From positions 9,131 to 73,130 of the IMG/VR virus record IMGVR_UViG_3300005077_000572: 64,000 nucleotides of DNA; one strand, 5' to 3'. Every line of letters starts with the position of its first letter. Within the stretch, counting starts at the first letter, position 1. The translations under genes and the position numbers were made by a program. Shown here piece by piece: positions 8,597-17,226 of this stretch. The notes under the pieces are model-generated. The model did not search any database. It had not been told where the DNA came from and saw nothing but the letters and a program-made list of their open reading frames with translations. The stretch comes from a virus.

Positions 8597-10002
8597 ATTT
8601 TGCTCGATAATCTGCTATAGCAGCCTTGACACAATCTTCGGCTAGGATACTACAGTGTATCTTAACCGGGGGCAGTGCTAGCTCTTCTGCAATTTGGCTA
8701 TTTTTTATTTCCTGTGCCTGATCCAGGGTGCGACCTTTGAGCCATTCTGTGACCAGGCTGGATGACGCGATTGCACTGCCGCAATTGTGAGACCCTACCC
8801 TATTAGTAAAATACACATGCGCACCATCCTCTAGTTTCAAATCATAAACTTTGGCTTGGCCAGCATTATTTTTTTCAACACCACGTAATTCATTACCATG
8901 TGTTATTGGTTTTATTGAAACTATTTTCATTCCGTTGTGAATAAAATTTTGTGCCTGTTCCACTGCTGAATCAATATCTTCTACAGCCAGACACAATGTA
9001 TCGTAGCCTGCAGTTTTTAACTGCGCAGTTCTACGGCTTACATAGTCTGAAGTGTCAGAACGATCTTCCATGAGTTTTGGCATGTTTTTTGTATATACTT
9101 CAATACATTTTTTCTTGCCTGGTACTATAAAATCTGGACTGGCAGGTCCAGTGCTGGTTTGAATCCAAATTTTCCCAGCCGAATATTTAACAGCCAAATC
9201 ATGTGCAGAAAACAAATCAATAAATTTTTGTTCCAGCGCAGTCACAGCAGATCTATCTATCTTTGACATTCCACTTTTCCATTTTTCCACGTAATCCGGA
9301 TTCTGCCAATTTTTAAATGACGCCATAGATTGACGTTTACTCCTAAGTTCTGGATCTTTTGGGATATATCCAGCCTGGTTCTGCGGTAACATCGAATGAT
9401 CAAATGTGCTGTTAAACTTACGCATACGTTGTGAATTTAGTTCCTTGATATAGTCGCGATGTCGAACGTTAGTGAGTTTGCGTAATTCATATTCTGTAAT
9501 TTCGTACAACTCCTGGTCGGCTACTAGGTCTTGAGCCAGTACCGGGTTATTATCGTGATTCCAAAATACATGTTCTTTAGTGCATATAAGTTTGAAGGTG
9601 CCAGGAGTCATACCAGTACGATGGGATTCACGCTGGAATTCAACGATTAACAAATCATCAATATCAACATAACGTGTGACAATTTCTTTAATCTTATTTG
9701 GTACTATATCAATTCCATTCCACGCCAATACTTCGTCGCCCGCCGATAAATCTTTTATTTTAACAGAGTGTGTTGGGGTATTGACATAAGTGTTCCCTAC
9801 AAAACACCCATAGGTTTTGAAGCGAGCATCTTCGATGATACCCTGTTCATTTACTTTGATCTGTAGTTTCATTACATCGCCGGTTCTAACCGCACGCTGG
9901 AGCACCGACCATGCCGGTGCCAACGTGCGCTTCCTCCTTTGAAAAAGATCCTACATTTCTAGGATGTTCATAATGATCGATTACGGCTGCTGAATATGCC
10001 AT
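8577..10002 (-). CDS. iscU: Fe-S scaffold IscU, interrupted by a 10-nt coding gap and an intein
   Basis: True start is ATG 10002 after GGAG: MAYSAAVIDHYEHPRNVGSFSKEEAHVGTGMVGAPACG, then TAG. It resumes in another frame as DVMKLQIKV...FKTYG, intein, then CGSAIASSS...LPPVKIHC. Removing both interruptions gives 130 aa with C37, D39, C63, H105, C106 in E. coli register. The ORF-track N-terminus (MAPAWSVLQ) is out of frame and spurious. Confidence 0.93.
8784..9806 (-). mobile_element. Intein (341 aa) with PD-(D/E)xK / Vsr-DUF559-like endonuclease domain
   Basis: Block A CFVGNTYV..; block B CTKEHVF (TxxH); block F KVYDLKLE; C-terminal HN followed by Cys+1. Internal TALEQKF...PDFIVPGKKKCIEV...AGYDTLCL. 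Confidence 0.92.
9879..9892 (-). other. 10-nt coding gap / hairpin in iscU (candidate translational bypass site)
   Basis: mRNA reads UGC GGU UAG AAC C GGC GAU. CGGTT-AG-AACCG at 9881-9892 is a perfect inverted repeat enclosing the stop. Confidence 0.6.
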
Positions 10003-10013
10003 ACATCTTCTCC

Positions 10014-12350
10014 TTAAAGTTTACAGGCTTCGCAATCGGCGTCCTCTAACTCAACTTCAGGCTGTACATAATTACTGCTGATGGTCGCAGGAGCGTCTTC
10101 TGCTACTTTAGCGCCTTGCTTGTTAATCAAACTATAGTAAAAAGTTTTCAGACCCCAGTGATGTGACAACATTAAGTTTTTAGCAATCAATGTTGTCGGC
10201 ACTTTGCGTCCAGGAAAATGTGCGGGATTGTAAAAAGTATTGGTGCTGATACTTTGGTCAACATAAGCTGCTAATACCGCGGCTGTTTTTAAGTAGCCCA
10301 CACAATCAGTCTGATCCCACATCAATTGATATTTATTTTTTAACTTGTGGTATTCAGGAACTACCTGTACTAATGAACCTGCTTTGCTTTCCTTGGTGCT
10401 GATCAGGTTCATGGGCATTTCAATACCATTGGTACTATTGATCACAACACTGGAGCTTTCCACAGGAGCAATGGCCATCTGTGTGGCGTTGCGTACACCA
10501 TGTTTTTTCATATGTGTTCGCAATGTTTCCCAGTCTAGTTCAGGCGTAAAGTCTGTGAGTTCGTTGGCACCGGCAGCACGTAATTCCCAGGGGAAGGCGC
10601 CTTGACCATAGCGTGTTTGACTGCTGTGTGCGCAGGCTCCACGTTCTTGTGCCAGTTCAACACTGGCTTCAGTTAAGTAATAGGCCTGATGCTCCATCCA
10701 GGTTTTAACTTCAGCTAGTGCATCCTTCTCGCCATACTTGTAGCCACGCTTGGCATGCCAGTAGGCTAGGTTAGTAACACCAATGCCCAGAGGACGAATT
10801 TCTTCATTGCTGAAACGGCTCTGTACGCTGAGGAAATCCTGATAGTCTAGAATGTTATTGAGACTACGATGCAGGATACGAGCAGCGCGGCGCATGTCTT
10901 CGGGATTACGGAACGCACCCCAGTTCAGTGACCCCAGTGTACACAGGGCAATACGGCCGTTTTCATCTTCCAGACGTTTGAAACTACGTGTGGGCAGTAG
11001 AATTTCCTGACAGAGATTACTCTGATAGATAGGATCTACACTGGTATCAAAAGGGCCTTGATTTTGTACGTTGTCGATAAAGGTCAAATAGATACGACCA
11101 GTGTCAGTACGTTCTTTGAGTATGCCGCCCTTGAACACTTCTTCGGCGGGCATAGTCTTAGTACGCAGATCTGTGCGCCGTTCGTAGCGAGTATACATCT
11201 CCTCAAACTCAGCACTGTCACGATAGAATGCTTCGTAGAGTTCCGGAACTTCGTTGGGATCAAAGAAAGTAATGTTTTCTTTGTTTTTAAATCTGCGCCA
11301 GAAGAAAGCACTCAGTACTACGTTGTAGTCCAAGTGTCGCACACGTGTTTCTTCAGTGCCCTGATTGTTTTTCAGTACAATGAGATCATCAAATTGATAG
11401 TGCCAGATCGGATATGTAACTGTACAACTGGCATTACGGATACCACCTTGGCTGCAACTTCTTAGGTCGCCGAACCACTTTTTCAAGAAAGGAAGCATAC
11501 CAGTGTGCATGATCTCACCACCTCGGATAGGACTACCTAATGGTCGTAGGCGACCAATCTCAAGACCAATACCAGCACGTTTGGCGGCGTATTTGGCCAT
11601 CATTTCTCCACTGGCAAAAATGCTATCTAGATCATCGTCGCTCCTGATAAGAACGCAACTACTAAATTGCTTAGTGGGAGTTCCAAGGCCAGCGAGAACA
11701 GGAGTAGCAAGAGTGAAAAGACCGTCACTAGCCGCGTTGTAGTATTCTTTAATATAACGCATACGAGCCGAGTTAGGCTCTTCACGATGGAATACTGTAG
11801 CAGCGGCAACCATGTAACGAATTTGAGGCGTTTCATATATTTCTTTGGTGGCACGATTGCGCACAAGGTACTTTTCAATTAGCTGCTCGATAGCGGCATA
11901 GCTGTACTGCTCATCTTTACTATGATCCAGCATATCGTTCATCTTATTCCAGTCTGCTTCTGTGTACCATTCAAGAAGTTCTGGAGTGTAAAGTCCAACT
12001 GCAACGTTCCGCTTTACAATTTCGTAAATGTGTGGCACCCGATATTCACCGTAGACGTCCTTACGCAACATTGATAGTCGCTGTTTACCAGCTACGTACT
12101 GGTAGTTCACATTACCTACATCAGGATTTGACTCTACATCAATCAAGTTAACAATAGCACGCAACGTAATTTCGTCGATTTCCTTTGTAGTAATACCATC
12201 GTAAAAATGAGGTTGACTCTTAATTTCCACCATGCTCTGACTTACGTCGGCTACTCCTGAACAAACTTTTGATATCTGCGCTTGCCATTTTTCAATTATC
12301 AGTGGTTCAATTGAACCATCTCGCTTAACTACATTAATGTTAGATGTCAT
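10014..12350 (-). CDS. nrdA: Ribonucleotide reductase class Ia alpha subunit with ATP cone
   Basis: VVKRDG ATP cone, FSSCVL, SNLCQE, ALCTLG, KTFYY, C-terminal CEAC. Confidence 0.98.
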   Translation of the reverse strand: MTSNINVVKRDGSIEPLIIEKWQAQISKVCSGVADVSQSMVEIKSQPHFYDGITTKEIDEITLRAIVNLIDVESNPDVGNVNYQYVAGKQRLSMLRKDVYGEYRVPHIYEIVKRNVAVGLYTPELLEWYTEADWNKMNDMLDHSKDEQYSYAAIEQLIEKYLVRNRATKEIYETPQIRYMVAAATVFHREEPNSARMRYIKEYYNAASDGLFTLATPVLAGLGTPTKQFSSCVLIRSDDDLDSIFASGEMMAKYAAKRAGIGLEIGRLRPLGSPIRGGEIMHTGMLPFLKKWFGDLRSCSQGGIRNASCTVTYPIWHYQFDDLIVLKNNQGTEETRVRHLDYNVVLSAFFWRRFKNKENITFFDPNEVPELYEAFYRDSAEFEEMYTRYERRTDLRTKTMPAEEVFKGGILKERTDTGRIYLTFIDNVQNQGPFDTSVDPIYQSNLCQEILLPTRSFKRLEDENGRIALCTLGSLNWGAFRNPEDMRRAARILHRSLNNILDYQDFLSVQSRFSNEEIRPLGIGVTNLAYWHAKRGYKYGEKDALAEVKTWMEHQAYYLTEASVELAQERGACAHSSQTRYGQGAFPWELRAAGANELTDFTPELDWETLRTHMKKHGVRNATQMAIAPVESSSVVINSTNGIEMPMNLISTKESKAGSLVQVVPEYHKLKNKYQLMWDQTDCVGYLKTAAVLAAYVDQSISTNTFYNPAHFPGRKVPTTLIAKNLMLSHHWGLKTFYYSLINKQGAKVAEDAPATISSNYVQPEVELEDADCEACKL

Positions 12351-12373
12351 CTTTTTACCTATTTTGTTATTGT

Positions 12374-12850
12374 TTATTCATGATACTTAGTAGATTTTAC
12401 TACATCATCGCAGTTCCAGCTTTGCTGTACTGTAAATTTTTCTTTTACTGACTGCCAGTCAACTACTTCACCATATTCATAATTCAACAAGAATTTGTCA
12501 TCGATCAACACAGCCATGTATATATCTTGATTTTCCAAATCTCGCAATCTTAATATATTATTTTTAATATTTTCATTACAGTAAAAAATAGTATATGCCA
12601 TGCCAAGACCAATACTGTATCTACAATAGTTGCCTTCGTCCAGCAGTTCCCAGGCAGTGGGCCAGGTTTTTACGTCGTAGGGATCAATGGATCTAGGTCC
12701 AACTGGAGCAGTGCCCCACCAGGTGACGACATTGTTTACGATATCTAATGTCGATTCGGTGGACATGCGTTTTCTAAAATCTCGCCAGGTGGCAAGACGT
12801 CGATGTGGTGCATCAAACCACATCATTCTTAATTGGTTTACATTTTCCAC
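12374..12850 (-). CDS. Hypothetical protein
   Basis: 158-aa ORF overlapping the upstream stop; no confident family. Confidence 0.65.
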   Translation of the reverse strand: MENVNQLRMMWFDAPHRRLATWRDFRKRMSTESTLDIVNNVVTWWGTAPVGPRSIDPYDVKTWPTAWELLDEGNYCRYSIGLGMAYTIFYCNENIKNNILRLRDLENQDIYMAVLIDDKFLLNYEYGEVVDWQSVKEKFTVQQSWNCDDVVKSTKYHE

Positions 12851-13518
12851 AGTTTATATGTGAACTTAAAGATTACAGGTAGGGTTTCGGTATTTTCGTA
12901 GGTGAGATTTAATATATTACCAGTGACACTGGCGTCGAACACAAAATTAATAGTACTAGTAATATTAAATTGATCGTCTACAACTACGTTATCAGTCAGG
13001 GGATCTACTAAAATTCGTAGATTACCAACTCGGTATGCGCTGTTATCGCTTAGTTTTAAAGAATACTCAATAAATGCCGTATCATAAATTCGTTTGTCAA
13101 AAGCCAATCCAGTATTGGTTCCGGCCGCCGAGCTGGCATCCAATGTTAGACTAGATGGTTCTGCTACATTAGTTTTTAAAATAATTTCGCTATTCCAGCG
13201 AATAGTGATAACAGAATTCAGTACTGGTGCTGTATCGAAAGTTAGAGTAGTTGATACAATGGTATAGGTACTGGGATTTACCAACACACCATCAACATAG
13301 ACAGTGGGGTTATACAAATTGGTGGCGGGATTATCCGTGTCCAGTGGTAATACAAACACTGTTGTAGTGTCATCTCCAGTACCTACAGTAAACGTACTAT
13401 TTCCGATGAATAGACGATATGCATCAGTTGCATACCCCAATTCACCTTCTTCTAACACTGGCATATCGGTTAACTGACCGCGCCTAACTTTTAATTTTGA
13501 AATTCTTGTATCTGCCAT
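12838..13518 (-). CDS. Virion tail/baseplate-associated protein with Mtd_N-like N-terminus
   Basis: MADTRISKLKVRRG....PVLEEGELGYATD..RLFIG motif; ATAAATA late-type motif at 13538-13544. Confidence 0.7.
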   Translation of the reverse strand: MADTRISKLKVRRGQLTDMPVLEEGELGYATDAYRLFIGNSTFTVGTGDDTTTVFVLPLDTDNPATNLYNPTVYVDGVLVNPSTYTIVSTTLTFDTAPVLNSVITIRWNSEIILKTNVAEPSSLTLDASSAAGTNTGLAFDKRIYDTAFIEYSLKLSDNSAYRVGNLRILVDPLTDNVVVDDQFNITSTINFVFDASVTGNILNLTYENTETLPVIFKFTYKLWKM

Positions 13519-13543
13519 AATATACCTCTATGTGTGATATTTA

Positions 13544-14221
13544 TTATAAATTGTAATATTGTTCCACACGTTTGACCCAACGGTCTTCCCAGACTTTGAA
13601 CTCATCTGGTTCAACTTCAAATAGCTGCCACTGACAATCACGACTACACATAAAAATAGCAGCTCGATCAATGGTTGTACCCCAGAGCTGATTGTGCGCC
13701 AGTGCATAGGCTGCGCACTGCAGGAAATAATCTTCGATCCATTCGCGTTTTTTTGGCTTATTTGTCTGTTTGAAGTCCATGATTGTCGGGTATCCCTTCC
13801 AGACCCCCAGTAAGTCAGCAGTACCAGCATAGACACCGGGATAATACAGTGATACTTCGTTACCCCAGACTTCATTTAAATCAGCCGATACATTAGTTTT
13901 AACTACTTCGGCCATGGCCTTGGCCTGCTGATGTATTAGATTATTTCCGGGATTGTAATCAACATTATTGACCCAGTTTTCTAAAATAGCATGCATCACT
14001 GTTCCAGTATTGGCAGCTTCTGTAGTGATACGCTGTGCTTCTGTGTCGCCCACTCGTTTGCGCCAGTTGGCCAACACTTGTTGCTTTTCAGCTGACTTAG
14101 TTTTATCCAGTATAGTGGTTACTGATGGTAGCGGACCAGTTTCAGTGTCGTAGAGACGACGACCGTCAACAGTGATACGCTTTATTGATTTATAGGGAAA
14201 GGGGGTGGTGACATTCAACAT
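13544..14221 (-). CDS. PD-(D/E)xK exonuclease (Cas4/lambda-exo-like)
   Basis: PSVTTIL, GT.MH..LE, YAGTADL, IMDFKQ, YFLQCAAYA. Confidence 0.85.
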   Translation of the reverse strand: MLNVTTPFPYKSIKRITVDGRRLYDTETGPLPSVTTILDKTKSAEKQQVLANWRKRVGDTEAQRITTEAANTGTVMHAILENWVNNVDYNPGNNLIHQQAKAMAEVVKTNVSADLNEVWGNEVSLYYPGVYAGTADLLGVWKGYPTIMDFKQTNKPKKREWIEDYFLQCAAYALAHNQLWGTTIDRAAIFMCSRDCQWQLFEVEPDEFKVWEDRWVKRVEQYYNL

Positions 14222-14229
14222 ACTGCTTA

Positions 14230-14258
14230 ATAATAACAGATTTGTAACGATCTGTCTA
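14230..14258 (-). promoter_or_regulatory. sigma70-like promoter with ACAGAT-N8-ATCTGT inverted repeat
   Basis: TAGACA-N17-TATTAT immediately upstream of the exonuclease. Confidence 0.55.
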
Positions 14259-14265
14259 TATTAAA

Positions 14266-14883
14266 TTACCAATATATCATCCACTTGAACGTTTTTGCTG
14301 ATGTAGTATTATCGGCCTGTGTTATATTATAACCCAGACTTTCAAAATATTTGACAACTCGCGTCATTTCGTCATCACGCTTGCGATCTGTAGTTATCCC
14401 AGTCCAGACACTGTAATAGTCAACTCCAGTAGTGCTGTTTGCTGAATTGGTGCCTGCAGTGAATCCTAGGTTGGTGTTTGCACTACCGGACCCAAGAGTA
14501 ACTGTCCAGTCAGACTGTGAGCATTGATATGTTAGCACTAGGTGCCCGGCTGAATCTTTGCCGGCAGTTAAATTACTAACACCAGAATCATTGATATCGG
14601 CTATAACTGCATTTAACGAAGTACCAGTGGTGCCCAGTGTAATAGTTGACCCTGCAATAACCAATGTGCTACCCGGAGTTACAGTTGGGTTACTCACAGT
14701 TCCAGTAATGTATACTACTGGTGTGCATTCCGTCATGACCGTACCATCATCAACCACCAGTTCGTATTCCCCAGCGTCACTGGCAGAAATTATCTGCCGC
14801 ATCAGTGCATTTACTTCATCAAATATAACTAGATTGGATCTTGAATGAGATCTTGCTTCTGCGCTGTTTAATTGATATGTCAT
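14266..14883 (-). CDS. Putative virion structural protein
   Basis: Thr/Gly-rich beta insert; within a late-type gene block. Confidence 0.55.
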   Translation of the reverse strand: MTYQLNSAEARSHSRSNLVIFDEVNALMRQIISASDAGEYELVVDDGTVMTECTPVVYITGTVSNPTVTPGSTLVIAGSTITLGTTGTSLNAVIADINDSGVSNLTAGKDSAGHLVLTYQCSQSDWTVTLGSGSANTNLGFTAGTNSANSTTGVDYYSVWTGITTDRKRDDEMTRVVKYFESLGYNITQADNTTSAKTFKWMIYW

Positions 14884-15203
14884 AGACCCAGATCTTTCTT
14901 AACTTGCTTTTGTGCCAGCTGATTTACTCTTCCGGCAGCATCAGGTTGTCGGCCAGTGACGCCTGCAACTGCACTTGTTAGTTTAATTGTTTTTTCATCT
15001 GCTTTGGAAACAATTGGTAAATTTTTTAAAATTGTAAAAATTGTACGGTTGTTGACACTGAACCCCTGATTTTGGAGATCAATTACTAATTGTTCAGTTT
15101 CAACTTCAGACAATCCCTCGCTTCTAACCGCTGTTAATAAATTTATAACAGCGTCCCGTAGATTATCACGATAATCGCTCTCTACCAATTGTCGTAAACG
15201 CAT
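14880..15203 (-). CDS. Hypothetical, probable internal head protein
   Basis: Start MRLRQLVE (15203); 4-nt ATGA overlap with the next gene. Confidence 0.6.
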   Translation of the reverse strand: MRLRQLVESDYRDNLRDAVINLLTAVRSEGLSEVETEQLVIDLQNQGFSVNNRTIFTILKNLPIVSKADEKTIKLTSAVAGVTGRQPDAAGRVNQLAQKQVKKDLGL

Positions 15204-15204
15204 A

Positions 15205-16002
15205 TTACTTGCCTGCTTTAAACTTGGCCAGCGCTTCTTCAAGATCGCGCTTTGAAACCTGACCGGCTTCGTTTACTTTTTTCTGTAATTCACCTAACAT
15301 TGCATCAAAAGCCTCGGCTTTTAATTCACGTCCTTCGGGTTCAGTCTCGGCATTGCTCACTGAGTCATCACCACCAAACGCATCGTCGGCAACATCGTCG
15401 AGATCGTCGCCCATGTCAACATCATCAATACCGATGGTGTCTACAGGCTGTTCCATGTCAACGGCTGGTGCTTGTCCTTGTGCTGCCATGATGGCATTGT
15501 CAACACCAGACTTGGCTGTTTTAATTGCATCAACCAATGCACCCAGTGCAGCATCAACACTGGCGCTGAATGCTTCAGCTTGTTGAACGCCTAGTTCTGA
15601 TTTCATTGCGTCTGCCAGCGGGATTAAATCCTGAACTTGCAGTTCAGCTACATCTTCCAGCATTTCCTGTAATTCGTCTGCAATTTCCTGAGCAGCGATA
15701 ATAACTTTAGCCTGCTCTACACCTTCTTCATCTACACCTTCCTGTACCATTGCTGGTGCAGTCAAGTCAGTCTGTACAGGTGCTGGAGTCCATAACTTGA
15801 GTCCCTCGGCAATCATGTGTAGACGAGTATACTCACGTGGGTCCTGGGCCTGGCGCATTTTTTGTGTAGTGCTGCTGATCATAGCCTGGGCTTTGTCGGC
15901 AGTCATTGAATTCATATCCAGGGAATAACCGTAGTTTTCTTTAAGATATTTCTGAATCTTAGAAAACTTAGCGGAATTAGTTTCAAAGTCTGATAAAAAC
16001 AT
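15205..16002 (-). CDS. Putative prohead core/scaffold-like protein
   Basis: Helical with an acidic low-complexity C-terminal tract; GGAG RBS; TATAAATA at 16032-16039. Confidence 0.5.
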   Translation of the reverse strand: MFLSDFETNSAKFSKIQKYLKENYGYSLDMNSMTADKAQAMISSTTQKMRQAQDPREYTRLHMIAEGLKLWTPAPVQTDLTAPAMVQEGVDEEGVEQAKVIIAAQEIADELQEMLEDVAELQVQDLIPLADAMKSELGVQQAEAFSASVDAALGALVDAIKTAKSGVDNAIMAAQGQAPAVDMEQPVDTIGIDDVDMGDDLDDVADDAFGGDDSVSNAETEPEGRELKAEAFDAMLGELQKKVNEAGQVSKRDLEEALAKFKAGK

Positions 16003-16031
16003 TTGTAATCTCCAAAATTTATGTTATCTAT

Positions 16032-16039
16032 TATTTATA
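16032..16039 (-). promoter_or_regulatory. T4-type late promoter TATAAATA
   Basis: Exact consensus. ATAAATA cores also occur on - at 13538, 20758, 21191, 22448, 41271 and 45393. Confidence 0.6.
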
Positions 16040-16544
16040 AGGTCTTGACAATTCGGTGCTTGGCTTCTTTGAGTTTAGCCACAGCGTTGGAATATTTTGC
16101 TTCATAAACATCGCGGCGCACTGTTTCACTGGTCTGTGACAGGCGCTTTTTATAGGTATAGGCTTCTACAACACAGTTATCATAGTCAGTGTCTAAACGA
16201 GCAATATTGTCGCACTCGATGGAATAGGGATTTTTTAATAGACGCTTGACTATACTCATTGCACTTTCAAATAAACTCAGGTCCTGATACATTATACGCT
16301 TGGAAATTAAATCTTTAATTGTATAACGATTTTTCATCATGCCACCGATGTTTTGTTTTTCAGCAATTATTTCATATCTAGAAACCCTGACTCCTTGCTC
16401 GGTCTTGGCGGTTCTAAGTGCCACTGCTAGGCTAGAATTAGTCTTGCTTTCATCGACAATACGTCGTGTACTAGTGCTGGTTATAGCATCCAATTTACGT
16501 ATCAGCGCAGCCATCTCGCTGGAGTTTGGGTGTCCAATGGTCAT
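16035..16544 (-). CDS. Hypothetical protein
   Basis: 169-aa ORF, translationally coupled to neighbours. Confidence 0.65.
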   Translation of the reverse strand: MTIGHPNSSEMAALIRKLDAITSTSTRRIVDESKTNSSLAVALRTAKTEQGVRVSRYEIIAEKQNIGGMMKNRYTIKDLISKRIMYQDLSLFESAMSIVKRLLKNPYSIECDNIARLDTDYDNCVVEAYTYKKRLSQTSETVRRDVYEAKYSNAVAKLKEAKHRIVKTL

Positions 16545-16759
16545 GTTGTCATCCTGTTAGTATTACGTGTATAAAATACCTGTTGGTCTTTCATATGTTT
16601 ATTTAATACTCCCTTGGATACCAGTGATTGGGCGATGACCTGATCACGATCAGACAACTGATTTTTGTAGACCTGATCTTCGGAATGTGCATCTAACCAG
16701 GCACCTTCGTGCAGAGTGATAAAAGTACGTATGCCGCCTGAAACTAGAATGGTTCTCAT
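16541..16759 (-). CDS. Hypothetical protein
   Basis: 72-aa ORF with ATGA overlaps on both sides. Confidence 0.6.
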   Translation of the reverse strand: MRTILVSGGIRTFITLHEGAWLDAHSEDQVYKNQLSDRDQVIAQSLVSKGVLNKHMKDQQVFYTRNTNRMTT

Positions 16760-17226
16760 TTTATTCCTGCTTTCTTTTTCAAGTCGTCAATTTCTTTTTG
16801 TTTTGTTGCAATTTCTGCATCAATATCGTTATCTGTGGCTCCCGGTGCGACTGATTTAATAGTGCTTGATGATTGATTGTTGGGCGTGGTTGCCTTGCCT
16901 GTGGCAGTTGATGTTGATGATGTTGTTGTTGTTGATGATGCTCGCATCGTTGGGGAGATACGAGAACCTGCGACACTTTTAATGGCAGCCCGTCCAGGTA
17001 AGCTATATTCAAGCTGTATTTCCATGTCAAGTATTCTACGAACAGCGGCTTCATCATTATTTTCAAGTGCTGTATCGAGTTGTAAAACATCACTGAGTGA
17101 CATTTTATTGACCACTGCCTGTGCTTCTGCAGTTGTCATGTCAATATCAAATAGTTCTTTGACTATGGATTGTAATGCTAGGTGCATCGAGTGCCCGTAT
17201 TTGTCTAGATTTTCAGTTAGTTTCAT
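16756..17226 (-). CDS. Hypothetical, probable internal head protein
   Basis: Start MKLTE (17226) overlaps the upstream TGA; Ser/Thr-rich linker. Confidence 0.6.
   Translation of the reverse strand: MKLTENLDKYGHSMHLALQSIVKELFDIDMTTAEAQAVVNKMSLSDVLQLDTALENNDEAAVRRILDMEIQLEYSLPGRAAIKSVAGSRISPTMRASSTTTTSSTSTATGKATTPNNQSSSTIKSVAPGATDNDIDAEIATKQKEIDDLKKKAGIK

Noticed and set aside
9879-9888. Group I intron or UAG reassignment as explanation of the iscU gap
   Set aside because: Ten nt cannot form a ribozyme. Reading UAG as sense still leaves the frame off by one. Long ORFs elsewhere are intact in code 11, and TAG ends the dCMP deaminase gene.
8577-9923. ORF-track start MAPAWSVLQRAVRT for the IscU/intein ORF
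   Set aside because: It is the out-of-frame reading of the true N-terminal exon (GTGMVGAPACG); the real start is 10002 with an RBS.
13544-14221. Cas4 indicating a CRISPR system
   Set aside because: It lacks the Cas4 Fe-S Cys cluster, and there are no cas genes or array nearby; ordinary phage PD-(D/E)xK exonuclease.
16860-16940. GAT/GTT trinucleotide-like run
   Set aside because: It simply encodes a Ser/Thr-rich linker in the minus-strand ORF.
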